Assembly: GCA_964495085.1 (NCBI GenBank)
Contig: CAZBUK010000011.1
Span: forward strand, 844-64,843
Length of the DNA: 64,000 nt
From: an uncultured Ignavibacteriales bacterium
GTDB taxonomy: Bacteria; Bacteroidota; Ignavibacteria; T3Sed10-11
Direction of reading: 5' to 3'
Positions 19,244-29,120 of the stretch are shown here, in pieces; position 1 is the stretch's first letter; each line of letters starts with the position of its first letter. Below the pieces are notes generated by a model. That model made no database searches. It was not told where the DNA came from and was given only the letters and a program-made list of their open reading frames with translations. The translations under genes were made by a program, and so were the position numbers.

Positions 19244-20296
19244 ATGCGATTTGTCATAGTACTTCTGTTTTTATTTCCCCTTATGCCGATCGACACCCCG
19301 GCTCAAAACGATCAACGCCCCGATCACCATACGGAGACCGGATTCAGAAACCCCTGGTTGAGCGAAGAGGACAGCAGGTCGTTCCTGGATTTCCTTAAAT
19401 GGCAATGGGACAGGCGCATCGTTCGAAACGTGGTGAAGGCCGACCGGTACAATTTCGATGTCGTTCATCCCGATTACGTCAATCCGCCCGAGCGGGTATA
19501 CGGCGGGATTCTCACCTGGGTGGGTCATGCTACCTTCCTGCTGCAGATCGGAGGAAAAAATATACTAACCGATCCGGTCTGGAGCGACCGTGTCGGACCG
19601 GCGAGTTTTCTCGGACCCAAGCGCTATACTCCGCCGGGCATTCCGTGGGAAAAGCTTCCGCCCATCGACGTCGTCGTTATCTCGCATAACCACTACGATC
19701 ATATGGACCGCGCTACCATCGAGCGGCTGGAGAAGGACTTCTCGCCGGCTTTTTTCGTTCCGTTGGGGAATAAAAAATTGCTCGACGAGTGGAAGATCAC
19801 AAATGTGATCGAACACGACTGGTGGGAGGGAACGACGATCGACGACTTTGAGTTCGTCTGCACGCCGACGCAGCATTTTTCACAGCGATGGCTCAACGAT
19901 CGCAATGAAACCCTCTGGGCGAGTTGGATAATCAGGAGTCCCAACGGTACGGTCTATTTTGCCGGCGATACGGGTTATTTCCCGGGATTCGTCGAAATAG
20001 GGGAACGCTTCGGCCCTATCGATGTCGCGCTGATACCGATCGGTGCCTATAAACCGAGATGGTTTATGCGCCCCGTCCATGTCGATCCCGCAGAAGCTCT
20101 CCAGGCATACATCGATCTGAATGCCCGTTATTTCGCCGCGATGCACTGGGGAACCTTCGATCAGGCGGATGAACATCTGGATGAACCTCCCCGCGATCTC
20201 ATGCAGGCTTTAGATACCGTGCAGGTCGATAAATCCCGCATATGGGTTTTCGGATTCGGGGAGACCCGTTCCATACCCCCTCGCAACGACGAGTGA
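19244..20296 (+). CDS. Exported MBL-fold metallo-hydrolase (NAPE-PLD-like Zn-dependent hydrolase)
   Basis: Signal peptide. HxHxDH motif ISHNHYDHMD and downstream His/Asp ligands (FAGDTGY, HWGTFD). Confidence 0.75.
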   Translation: MRFVIVLLFLFPLMPIDTPAQNDQRPDHHTETGFRNPWLSEEDSRSFLDFLKWQWDRRIVRNVVKADRYNFDVVHPDYVNPPERVYGGILTWVGHATFLLQIGGKNILTDPVWSDRVGPASFLGPKRYTPPGIPWEKLPPIDVVVISHNHYDHMDRATIERLEKDFSPAFFVPLGNKKLLDEWKITNVIEHDWWEGTTIDDFEFVCTPTQHFSQRWLNDRNETLWASWIIRSPNGTVYFAGDTGYFPGFVEIGERFGPIDVALIPIGAYKPRWFMRPVHVDPAEALQAYIDLNARYFAAMHWGTFDQADEHLDEPPRDLMQALDTVQVDKSRIWVFGFGETRSIPPRNDE

Positions 20297-20745
20297 CATC
20301 GGTATGTATGCACTGAGCGCCGATGATCGAGCGGTTGACCGATCCCGCCGACAATAGTGTTTTTAGTAAAGACCAGAATAATAATCGTATACCGTGTTGC
20401 CGATTGATTCCGGGCCCGGAGATTATACATGATGCATCCGAACGTCGCACGGACTATGCGGAATAATGTTGGAATTATGGAATAATTTCAATATTTTAAA
20501 ATTCGGTTTGCTCAATCATGTATGAAAAATATTCTCAACAGGCTTGATACTCAAGGAACCCGAACACCCGGAGCAAGTGTCCCGCGCTGCGTCGATCAGC
20601 CTCCGGCAGAACAATCCGACAGGGCTCCATTGCTATTCCACCGGCCGATAAACGCCGGGTACTTCCGGGTTCATCTCTAACCCGGAAAAAGCTTCGCAAC
20701 GAAGCGCCGTTTTAATCGATCGCATATTGATCGCGGATCACGGAA

Positions 20746-22767
20746 ATGAAGATGTCCGGGATCTTTACCAACAACTCCGACGGAAAAATGATACCTAAAC
20801 GAATAGTATATGCGGTTGCGGTATCGCTATTCATTGTGTTGCCATCCCTATCGCAGGATCGACCGGTTCAGTACAGCGATCGGGCGGAACAACTCTTCAA
20901 CAGAGGCGTCATGCTATTCGGTCGGGGGGATTATGCGAATGCGCTGACGAGCTTTAATGAACTCCTTGAAACCGGATCGTTTACCCAGCGAACGACCGCA
21001 GCCTACCTGATGTCTTCGAAGTGTATGGTGGAACTCGGACAGTACCGGGAAGCGATCCGCCGGCTTCAATTGTTTCTCGATAGGTTTCCCCGATCATTGT
21101 ATCAGCCGGATGCATATTTCACTATCGGAGTCGGGTTCTACCGTGAACGCCGATACGAGGACGCTCTCTTTAATTTCCTTCGTACCGTTGAGTTAACCGA
21201 TATGAGCCAACCTCACGCGGATGCCGAGGCATATATTGCACGCATTGTGAACGATCATCTCACCACACCCGAATTACGCCGGGCCTATTCGGAGGTCCGC
21301 GGCACCTACGCTCCCGGGTACCTGGCGCTCGCACTCGGACGGAGGTACATACAGCAGGGGAATATCGCCGCCGCACGCGAAGTCCTCGAAAGTGCACTGG
21401 CAGCCAACATACTACACCCGCTGGCCGGAGAACTTCAAACGCTGCGCGAACGGGTCGAGGAAGGAGTCTCGGTCAAGATCGGCGTCGTGTTACCGCTTTT
21501 CGAGGACAATCCGCAGGAACCGCTCGCACGGCTCGGGAGAGATCTGCTCCATGGCATCAGATACGCGGTTGACGAATACAATGCCAGTGCGACCGTAAAG
21601 ATCTATCTCGACGTTAGGGATTCGCAGCGTCAACCCTCGGTTGCTGCCGGACATGTCCAACAGCTTGTTGACGATCCGGAGATCGTAGCGATTGTCGGAC
21701 CTGTCTTCAGCGACGAGGTTCTTGCAACCTCCGGGTTTGCGAACACGCGCGGCGTCCCGCTCATCACGCCTACGGCGACAGCAAATAATATTGCCGCATT
21801 GGGCAGGTACGTATTCCAGACGAATCCGGATTACCGGATCCGCGGACGTGCGATGGCGCGTTATGCGGTCGAAATTCTGGGATTTAAAACACTGGCCGTC
21901 CTCGCTCCCACCGATTCGCATGGGAAGGATATCGCAGAGGGATTTATGGAGGAGATAAGAAGCGCCGATGGCGCCCATATTCTGGTTAACGAATGGTACC
22001 GCACCGGTGAGACGAACTTCCGGCTGCAATTCGATAACATACGGTCGCGCGGTTTGCAGGATTCGCTGCATATGTATATCTCGTTTTCAGGAAACATCGA
22101 CCGCACTGACGTGATGAAGCTCGCGGCGTACGGCGTGAGCCTCGCAAAACTCGATTCGCTCTTCGAACGGGAGAGCGCCGTCTCCGTACTCGACCTTCTC
22201 GGTCCCGACGGGATCAGGATAGCCGATTCGCTCGGGGTCGCCGTCTATGCCGGTGATTTTCTTGCAGATAGTCTGCATATCCCGGTGAATTCGATCGATG
22301 CGATCTTCCTGCCGATCACGAGCCGCGAAGAGCTGGGGATCGTCGGTGCGCAGCTCGCATATTATAATGTGAAGACGCAGATTCTCGGCACCGGAGAATG
22401 GCATGATCTCATGACGCTCGAAGAGAACCGCCGGTATGTCAACGGAGTCTACTTCTCATCCGATTCCTATTGGGACACCGCCGATTCAGTCTTCATCCGT
22501 TTCTTTGACGGCTTTCTGAGCAAAACGCGGAACAGGCCGACACGGGAGACGCTGCTCGCATACGATACGCTGAAGCTGATAGGGTTCATACTCTCGGAGG
22601 GTATAACGACCCGGGAGGGAATCGCACAATTACTCTCATCGAATATTTTCTACAGGGGAATTCATTCTCCGATCGTCATGGGACCGGACAGGGTAAACCG
22701 CGCGAAGAACATTCTGCGGTATCTCGACGGCGATATACGAAAGGTCGATGAGATAATATTGAACTGA
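20746..22767 (+). CDS. Exported TPR-repeat protein fused to a type-1 periplasmic-binding-fold (Peripla_BP_6/ANF-receptor-like) domain
   Basis: N-terminal signal peptide (probably from Met15, MIPKRIVYAVAVSLFIVLPSLSQ), ~250 aa of TPR-like helical repeats, then a Leu/Ile/Val-binding-protein-like region (IGVVLPLF..AIVGPVFSDEV..ITPTATAN). Confidence 0.55.
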   Translation: MKMSGIFTNNSDGKMIPKRIVYAVAVSLFIVLPSLSQDRPVQYSDRAEQLFNRGVMLFGRGDYANALTSFNELLETGSFTQRTTAAYLMSSKCMVELGQYREAIRRLQLFLDRFPRSLYQPDAYFTIGVGFYRERRYEDALFNFLRTVELTDMSQPHADAEAYIARIVNDHLTTPELRRAYSEVRGTYAPGYLALALGRRYIQQGNIAAAREVLESALAANILHPLAGELQTLRERVEEGVSVKIGVVLPLFEDNPQEPLARLGRDLLHGIRYAVDEYNASATVKIYLDVRDSQRQPSVAAGHVQQLVDDPEIVAIVGPVFSDEVLATSGFANTRGVPLITPTATANNIAALGRYVFQTNPDYRIRGRAMARYAVEILGFKTLAVLAPTDSHGKDIAEGFMEEIRSADGAHILVNEWYRTGETNFRLQFDNIRSRGLQDSLHMYISFSGNIDRTDVMKLAAYGVSLAKLDSLFERESAVSVLDLLGPDGIRIADSLGVAVYAGDFLADSLHIPVNSIDAIFLPITSREELGIVGAQLAYYNVKTQILGTGEWHDLMTLEENRRYVNGVYFSSDSYWDTADSVFIRFFDGFLSKTRNRPTRETLLAYDTLKLIGFILSEGITTREGIAQLLSSNIFYRGIHSPIVMGPDRVNRAKNILRYLDGDIRKVDEIILN

Positions 22768-22807
22768 AACGTAATCATTACAGATCTATCCACGGTAGAG
22801 AGCGTCT

Positions 22808-23698
22808 ATGGAAATCAACCTTCGTGACAAACCCGTTCTGTATACGGATTTCAAGAACGTCGAACGCATTGCACGGGGTAAAGTTCGCGACATGTACACG
22901 GCAGGAGAGAACCTGCTCATCGTCACGACCGATAGGATATCGGCATTCGACGTCGTCATGGATTCGGGCATACCCGGGAAGGGAAAAGTGCTCACCGGCA
23001 TTTCCGTCTTCTGGTTCGACAAGATGAAAGACATCGTTCCCCATCATCTGATGAGCACAAATCCTTCCGATCTCCCGTCTGCATTTCATCCGTATACGGC
23101 GGATCTCGACGGAAGGTGTATGCTGGTGAAAAAAGCGAAAACCATCCCGATCGAATGCGTCGTCCGCGGTTATCTCGCGGGATCCGGATGGAAGGAATAC
23201 AAGATCTCGAAGAGCGTATGCGGCTTACCCCTGCCGGACGGCCTGCGTGAATCAGACCGTCTGCCTGAACCGATCTTCACCCCCGCGACGAAAGCTGAAA
23301 CAGGCCACGACGAAAACATATCTTTCGAACAGACTGCAGCGATTATCGGTGTAGAATTAGCCGGCAAGCTGCGCGATATCAGCATCGCCATTTATAAAAG
23401 AGCGGCCGATATCGCGGAACAACGCGGCATTATCATCGCCGATACGAAAATGGAGTTCGGAATCTATCGCGACGAGGTCATTCTGATCGACGAACTGCTT
23501 ACTCCCGATTCGTCCCGTTTCTGGCCGAAGAACGAGTATGAACCGGGTAGACCGCAAAAGAGCTACGATAAACAATTTCTGCGCGACTACCTGGAATCCC
23601 TCGCATGGAACAAGCAGCCTCCTCCTCCTCCGCTTCCAGAAGAGATCGTGATGAAGACTGCGGAGAAATATCTCGAAGCATACAAATTATTCGGCTGA
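22808..23698 (+). CDS. purC: Phosphoribosylaminoimidazole-succinocarboxamide (SAICAR) synthase, long form
   Basis: [34 protein letters not shown].. and an overall ~300-aa PurC layout. Confidence 0.9.
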   Translation: MEINLRDKPVLYTDFKNVERIARGKVRDMYTAGENLLIVTTDRISAFDVVMDSGIPGKGKVLTGISVFWFDKMKDIVPHHLMSTNPSDLPSAFHPYTADLDGRCMLVKKAKTIPIECVVRGYLAGSGWKEYKISKSVCGLPLPDGLRESDRLPEPIFTPATKAETGHDENISFEQTAAIIGVELAGKLRDISIAIYKRAADIAEQRGIIIADTKMEFGIYRDEVILIDELLTPDSSRFWPKNEYEPGRPQKSYDKQFLRDYLESLAWNKQPPPPPLPEEIVMKTAEKYLEAYKLFG

Positions 23699-23766
23699 TC
23701 CGTCTCAATGCCCGGAGAACGAGCTAAATCCGCCGGGCGTCCGTCGTAATTATCTTACGAGGTTGT

Positions 23767-24483
23767 ATGAGCAAGCCTGAGGGAGTTCACGAAGCTGCCG
23801 GCTATCACACAGCGATCAAGCACTGGCCCGAGGACGATCGTCCGCGCGAAAAGCTCTTAAAACACGGTCCTGCGGCTCTGAGCGACGCGGAATTGATTGC
23901 GATAGTCATTGGGTCGGGGAGCGGCAGGATCACCGCGCTCGATCTCGCTAAACGACTCCTCGTCGATCATAAGAATATCGGAGTGCTATCCACGCTCTCC
24001 ATCGAAGAGCTCAGCAGACACCGGGGATTGGGTAAGGCACGCTCGGCCGAACTTGTCGCCGTCTTCGAGCTCGGACGCCGCCTCACACGCACATCCGGAG
24101 TAAAGAAGATCCGCATCACCGGTCCCTCGGATGTCGCGGCGTATATGGCTCCCCAGATCGCTCATCTTAAACGCGAGGTGTTCGAGGTGTTACTCCTGAA
24201 TTCATCGAACACCGTACAGAAACAGGTCCGCATTTCCGAAGGAAATCTCAACGCAAGCATCGTACATCCGCGCGAGGTTTTTAAAGCCGCAATCGACGGC
24301 CTCGCTGCCGCGATAATCCTCGTGCACAACCACCCAAGCGGGAATCCGGAGCCCAGCAACGAGGATAAACTGATCACCAGACAGCTTATCGAAGCGGGTA
24401 GGATTATGGGAATTCCCGTGCACGATCATGTCATCATTGCCGGAACCACATATGCAAGTTTCGCCGAACGGGGACTGATGTAA
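23767..24483 (+). CDS. radC: RadC-like JAB/MPN-domain protein (UPF0758)
   Basis: N-terminal HhH region (ELIAIVIGSGSG) and C-terminal JAMM-like motif HNHPSGNPEPSNEDKLITRQL. Confidence 0.85.
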   Translation: MSKPEGVHEAAGYHTAIKHWPEDDRPREKLLKHGPAALSDAELIAIVIGSGSGRITALDLAKRLLVDHKNIGVLSTLSIEELSRHRGLGKARSAELVAVFELGRRLTRTSGVKKIRITGPSDVAAYMAPQIAHLKREVFEVLLLNSSNTVQKQVRISEGNLNASIVHPREVFKAAIDGLAAAIILVHNHPSGNPEPSNEDKLITRQLIEAGRIMGIPVHDHVIIAGTTYASFAERGLM

Positions 24484-24557
24484 CGGATGAACGTCAGCCG
24501 AAGTGATTCCTCCCGCTCTTCTCATATTCGCTCACATACTTAACATACCGGACAACT

Positions 24558-25538
24558 ATGCTGAATTATATTTGGTTGGGACTGATTTCTCTCGGTATCC
24601 TTGCCGCAGTATGGACGGACGTGCGGGATATCATATCCGATACCTTCAGAAACGATCAACCGATCGAGATGCTGCTCCGTCTCCCACCCGACGTTCGTCC
24701 GGCTCAGGGACGGGAGGCCGACGGAGAGCTTACGGCATCACATGCCGATCTTCTGCGGTTCTACGGGGAAGATGCGGTAGCGGACCGGCCGGTCGTGTAC
24801 CCGGCGCGCGTCATATTCTCAACGAGTGAGAAAGGATTGCTTCGAATACGGATCACGGACGACTTCCCTCCCCGCTGGAATGAAATTGCCCACGCACAAC
24901 CGGGCGACGCCGGCGAGCTCTCCGCATCCTTCGAACTGAAGCCGGGTCCGGAAGACGGGTCGTACCGGGCCGATGTCATCATTGATCCGATTCGTTTTAC
25001 GACCTTGCAGCGGCTGACGAACGACGGGATCATTGCATATGCAGGAACCGCCGTCACCATTGCGATAGGTCTGATCGGTATCATGGCCTTATGGCTCGGT
25101 GTCATGAAGGTCGCGGAGGAGGCGGGTCTGATTCAGTCGCTCGCACGCGGCTTGAAGCCCGTGATGACGAGATTGTTCCCCGATGTTCCCGCCGACCATC
25201 CCGCTATGGGAGCGATGATATTGAATATCTCAGCGAATATGCTCGGCCTGGCGAACGCTGCAACGCCGCTCGGCCTCAAAGCAATGGAAGAGTTGAATAA
25301 ATTGAGCAGGAAGGCGGGTACTGCCACCGATGCAATGTGTACGTTCCTTGTTATCAACACAAGCAGCGTACAGCTCATTCCGGCAACGGTCATCGCGGTA
25401 CGGGCCGCCGCCGGAAGCTCCAATCCGACCGAGATAATCGTTCCCGTGCTCATTGCGACAACTTGCGCCACGATTGCCGGAATCGTCTCGGTGAAGCTGC
25501 TGCAGAGATTACCGGTATACCGCAAACAACTCTCGTAG
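24558..25538 (+). CDS. spmA: Nucleoside-recognition-domain membrane protein SpmA-like, carrying a ~120-aa insertion
   Basis: MLNYIWLGLISLGILAAV.. and ..IGLIGIMALWLGVMKVAEEAGL.. match SpmA. The segment between them (residues ~30-155) has no counterpart in short SpmA proteins. Confidence 0.7.
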   Translation: MLNYIWLGLISLGILAAVWTDVRDIISDTFRNDQPIEMLLRLPPDVRPAQGREADGELTASHADLLRFYGEDAVADRPVVYPARVIFSTSEKGLLRIRITDDFPPRWNEIAHAQPGDAGELSASFELKPGPEDGSYRADVIIDPIRFTTLQRLTNDGIIAYAGTAVTIAIGLIGIMALWLGVMKVAEEAGLIQSLARGLKPVMTRLFPDVPADHPAMGAMILNISANMLGLANAATPLGLKAMEELNKLSRKAGTATDAMCTFLVINTSSVQLIPATVIAVRAAAGSSNPTEIIVPVLIATTCATIAGIVSVKLLQRLPVYRKQLS

Positions 25539-25550
25539 AGGAATACGGCT

Positions 25551-26087
25551 ATGCTGACGATTCTGAACGTTCTCTCTCTCGCTGCAATACCCGCATTGAT
25601 TCTCTTTGTTCTGATTACGGCTGCGATCAGGGGAGTGAAGATTTATGAGGTATTCGTCGAAGGTGCTAAGGAAGGTTTTCAGGTGGCTGTCCGGATTATT
25701 CCTTATCTGGTCGCGATGCTCGTCGCCATCGGGGTCTTCCGCGCGGGCGGCGCGATGGAATTGCTCGGGAAGTTGGTCAGCCCGCTGACGAACCTGATCG
25801 GGATGTCTCCCGAAGTATTGCCGATGGCATTGCTGCGCCCTCTCTCGGGAAGCGGCGCACTCGGCGTCCTGTCCGAGCTCGTAACGGTGCATGGTCCGGA
25901 TTCTCTCATCGGACGAATGGCGTCGGTCATGATGGGAAGTACCGAAACCACGTTCTATGTCATGGCGGTTTATTTCGGCTCGGTCAGTGTCTACCGGACC
26001 CGGCATGCAGTACCCGCAGGTATTATCGCCGACATAACCGGATTGCTCGTTGCGGTTCTGGTAACGAACCTGTTTTTCGGTCTGTAA
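25551..26087 (+). CDS. spmB: Spore-maturation-protein-B-like nucleoside-recognition membrane protein
   Basis: 178-aa multi-TM protein (..GMSPEVLPMALLRPLSGSGALGVL..GSTETTFYVMAVYFGSV..) that partners with spmA. Confidence 0.75.
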   Translation: MLTILNVLSLAAIPALILFVLITAAIRGVKIYEVFVEGAKEGFQVAVRIIPYLVAMLVAIGVFRAGGAMELLGKLVSPLTNLIGMSPEVLPMALLRPLSGSGALGVLSELVTVHGPDSLIGRMASVMMGSTETTFYVMAVYFGSVSVYRTRHAVPAGIIADITGLLVAVLVTNLFFGL

Positions 26088-26158
26088 GGAAAGAGTCTGC
26101 TTTTTCGGATACGCGTGCTGTCAAGGAGGAGTAGGACATTAGCACGGGCAAGATCTTT

Positions 26159-27403
26159 TTAGGTTGATGAGCCGGTATCGCCGGTGGAGTCCGTAGATTG
26201 CATTCCCCTGATAAGAGGGATTGTCAACAGGGGAAAGAGAGCCATGACTGCAAATGCGGCGGGGTATCCGAATAAACCGATTATGCGACCGACCGAGAAT
26301 GCCGACCACGATTCGCACATGTTTGTCGCGCCCATAAACGCGCTGAACTGTGTTGCGCCCAGACGCACGTCGGTGATATCCATGAAGAGCGCATAGGATG
26401 AAGATGTAAATAAACCGATGCCGAAATAGAGTACGGCCAGAAGCACAAGGAGCATCTTGCCCGACTCCCCTCCGGTAACCACATCGGCGCCTGCGATCAA
26501 AAAGATGACGGCTACATAGAAAAGGAGGAACACCGCGACGGTCGATCTGCGGCCGATCCGGTCGGATGCATATCCGCCGAGCAGGGCGCCTCCGACCATA
26601 CAAAGCACCGTCGGGAGTGCGAAGAACCATCCGATTTCCCCCGTTGAAAAACCGCGGTCGATGAGAAAAGGACCCGCCACGGACCCCACTGCTTCAAATC
26701 CGGCGCCTCCAACCAGTGCAAAAAGAAATCCCCGCCATGTACTTCGGTGTTTAGCCGCCGTTCTGATCAACCTCGCGAATCTCCTCAATTGCTCTGCGGT
26801 ATTCCCGGTCTCCCCGGCGGATTCGCGGTAATCGGATAAAATGAGCAGCAGCGAAGAACACCAGATCGCAGCGATTAAAAATACCAGAACGAAATCCAGA
26901 CCGAGATGTGCGGATACGATCAGCGCTCCGCCGCCGAAAATGGATCTACCCCCTAGCATTCCCGTCTGCATCCAGCCATTAACTCCGCCCCGTTCCCGTT
27001 CCGGCGTTACCGAGATACAGAGTGCATCGATGGCGACGTCCTGCGTTGCAGCCATACATGCATGGAGGACAAGGCATACAGTGACGAGCCGGAAGTCGTC
27101 GTGCAGATCGAGAAAAAAGAGCGGAAGCAGCGTCAGTCCCATCCCGAACTGCGCGAGGAGAATCCATCCCCGGAGGGTCCAGCGGGGGGACCGGAGCGTA
27201 TCGATGATCGGCGCCCAGAGAAATTTAAATGCCCACGGGAGAACGAGTACGGCTACGAGGGTTGAAATTTTTTGTATCGGTATATCTGCGGCGCGGAATA
27301 TCGTAGGAAGCGCCCACCATATGAAGCCGATCGGAGCGCCTTCGCTGAAATACAGCGCGCCGAAAATAAATTTTCTATCGCGTCGGTTCGTGAGAAGCTG
27401 CAT
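26159..27403 (-). CDS. MFS transporter, AmpG/PAT-family-like (muropeptide permease-like)
   Basis: 12-TM MFS with N-terminal FGALYFSEGAPIGFIWWALPTIF motif. The ORF is open to 27514, but Met38 (MQLLTNRRDRKF, preceded by GGAGCG) is the likelier start. Confidence 0.65.
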   Translation of the reverse strand: MQLLTNRRDRKFIFGALYFSEGAPIGFIWWALPTIFRAADIPIQKISTLVAVLVLPWAFKFLWAPIIDTLRSPRWTLRGWILLAQFGMGLTLLPLFFLDLHDDFRLVTVCLVLHACMAATQDVAIDALCISVTPERERGGVNGWMQTGMLGGRSIFGGGALIVSAHLGLDFVLVFLIAAIWCSSLLLILSDYRESAGETGNTAEQLRRFARLIRTAAKHRSTWRGFLFALVGGAGFEAVGSVAGPFLIDRGFSTGEIGWFFALPTVLCMVGGALLGGYASDRIGRRSTVAVFLLFYVAVIFLIAGADVVTGGESGKMLLVLLAVLYFGIGLFTSSSYALFMDITDVRLGATQFSAFMGATNMCESWSAFSVGRIIGLFGYPAAFAVMALFPLLTIPLIRGMQSTDSTGDTGSST

Positions 27404-27624
27404 CTGAGATCGCTCCGGTCCGCAGGTTATCTGCCGATCTGTATCCGGCTTTCCAATCCGGGTTTTGATGAATATCCGTTCATCATATAAAAGGGATCCG
27501 GAGATAAAAATCAACCTGGTGTGAAAAGATCCGGAACCTGGATTTCTTTTTTATCTTTTTTTATCGTATATACAGGGAAAATAAATTATTCTCATCGACG
27601 CTCACCGGTTTCAGGGAGGAACTC

Positions 27625-29022
27625 ATGAACGCCAAACATATACTATTTACGACGTGTATTAGATCGATCATCGTTGCGCTGTTTCTGGTCGCCGTCTCCG
27701 GAGTCGCGGAGTCGGAGGTGCGGGAGAGAAAGAGCGCTTTACCGGCTATATCCGATATACGAAAAGGAGTGGAGGGAGAAATAACCGCGGCGACAATCTA
27801 TGAGCGGTTCAGGAAATACAACGCGGTGGATTTCGCGCTACGGAAATCCGCCCAGGAGGTGATTATCCATTATCTGCGTCAGATTTGGTCGGTCGATACC
27901 TGGGCAGACGACGCACGGGAGATCTGGACCTACGATACCGAAGGCCGCGTGGTCGAAGATCTCTTCCAAATCTATGTGCAAAACGACTGGGTCGATATCG
28001 ATCGATTTTTATATGAGTACGATGTGAACGGCAACCTCATCGTCGACCTTCTGCAGGAATGGATCGATGACGAATGGATCGACATCGATCGGTTTCTCTA
28101 TAGCCATTATCCCTCCGGCGACATCCTCGAGTCGGTGTTCGAGGAATGGGACGGTGAAAACTGGACGCCGCTCTCGAAGACCGAGTACTTCTATACTGAA
28201 TCCGGACAATTCGACGAATTACTCGAATATTTTTGGGGATTCGGAGATTGGGAACCCGACACACGACTGCGGTGGGAGTACGACGTACAGGGCAATGCAC
28301 TCCTGCTGTCGATTGATCTCTGGGAGGATGACGAATGGAGAGAAGATTTCAGATTCGTCCATACATACGATTCCGGCGGAAATCTCCTCACCGAGATATG
28401 GGAATATTTCGATGCAGGGGAGGAGGAATGGATCGGAACGAATTTTAATACCTTCACCTACGACCAGAATGGAAATCAGATCGAAATAGTTCGTCAGATA
28501 TGGACGGACGATGCCTGGGAAAATACTCAGCGGGTTGAGAGCACGTACGACGGGAATAACAGATTGGTGAGTGAAATTTCATCGGTATGGGTTACGAACA
28601 ATTGGGTCCCGCAACGAAGAACGTCGCATGAATATAGTCAGGAAGGGGAGCTTACAGTCCGGTTAATCGAACTCTGGACCGGATCGGATTGGCTCAATTA
28701 TCAGCGCTTCCTGTACGGAGGATCACCCACGAACATTGCCGGAACAGGAACCGTACCTGAGCGTTTTGAGTTGTCGCAAAACTATCCGAACCCGTTCAAT
28801 CCCCGTACCGCCATACGATTTACGTTGCATGAAAGTACGGAGGTTGTATTGAGCGTTTATGATGTACTCGGCCGGGAAATAGAAATTCTGGTTGACGCGG
28901 AGCTCCAGCCCGGACAGCATACGGTAACGTTCGATGCGGCCGGCCTCCCAAGCGGGATTTATGTCTACCGGATCCGGGCCGGTTCTCTGTATGAACAGAA
29001 CAGGATGATTCTTCTGAAATAA
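27625..29022 (+). CDS. T9SS C-terminal-sorting-domain cargo protein with ~10 tandem ~29-aa Trp/Asp-rich repeats
   Basis: Signal peptide. Repeats of the form W.DDeW...R..Y.YD..GNL. The C-terminus NYPNPFNPRTAIRF..VLSVYDVLGREI..GIYVYRIRAG..NRMILLK is a type-A Por/T9SS CTD. Confidence 0.75.
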   Translation: MNAKHILFTTCIRSIIVALFLVAVSGVAESEVRERKSALPAISDIRKGVEGEITAATIYERFRKYNAVDFALRKSAQEVIIHYLRQIWSVDTWADDAREIWTYDTEGRVVEDLFQIYVQNDWVDIDRFLYEYDVNGNLIVDLLQEWIDDEWIDIDRFLYSHYPSGDILESVFEEWDGENWTPLSKTEYFYTESGQFDELLEYFWGFGDWEPDTRLRWEYDVQGNALLLSIDLWEDDEWREDFRFVHTYDSGGNLLTEIWEYFDAGEEEWIGTNFNTFTYDQNGNQIEIVRQIWTDDAWENTQRVESTYDGNNRLVSEISSVWVTNNWVPQRRTSHEYSQEGELTVRLIELWTGSDWLNYQRFLYGGSPTNIAGTGTVPERFELSQNYPNPFNPRTAIRFTLHESTEVVLSVYDVLGREIEILVDAELQPGQHTVTFDAAGLPSGIYVYRIRAGSLYEQNRMILLK

Positions 29023-29120
29023 GGAAAATATTCCTCAGCGGAAATAAGGGGCGGTCGCACAGCGGTAACAATGCGGCGGAATATCGCTCATCGGAGTCAC
29101 TGCGGGAGTCTGACGCTCAG

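Noticed and set aside
26088-26158. Possible bidirectional terminator between the convergent spmB and ampG genes (cgtgct...agcacg)
   Set aside because: The stem is only 6 bp with a ~21-nt loop and no clear U-tract on either strand, so it is not convincing.
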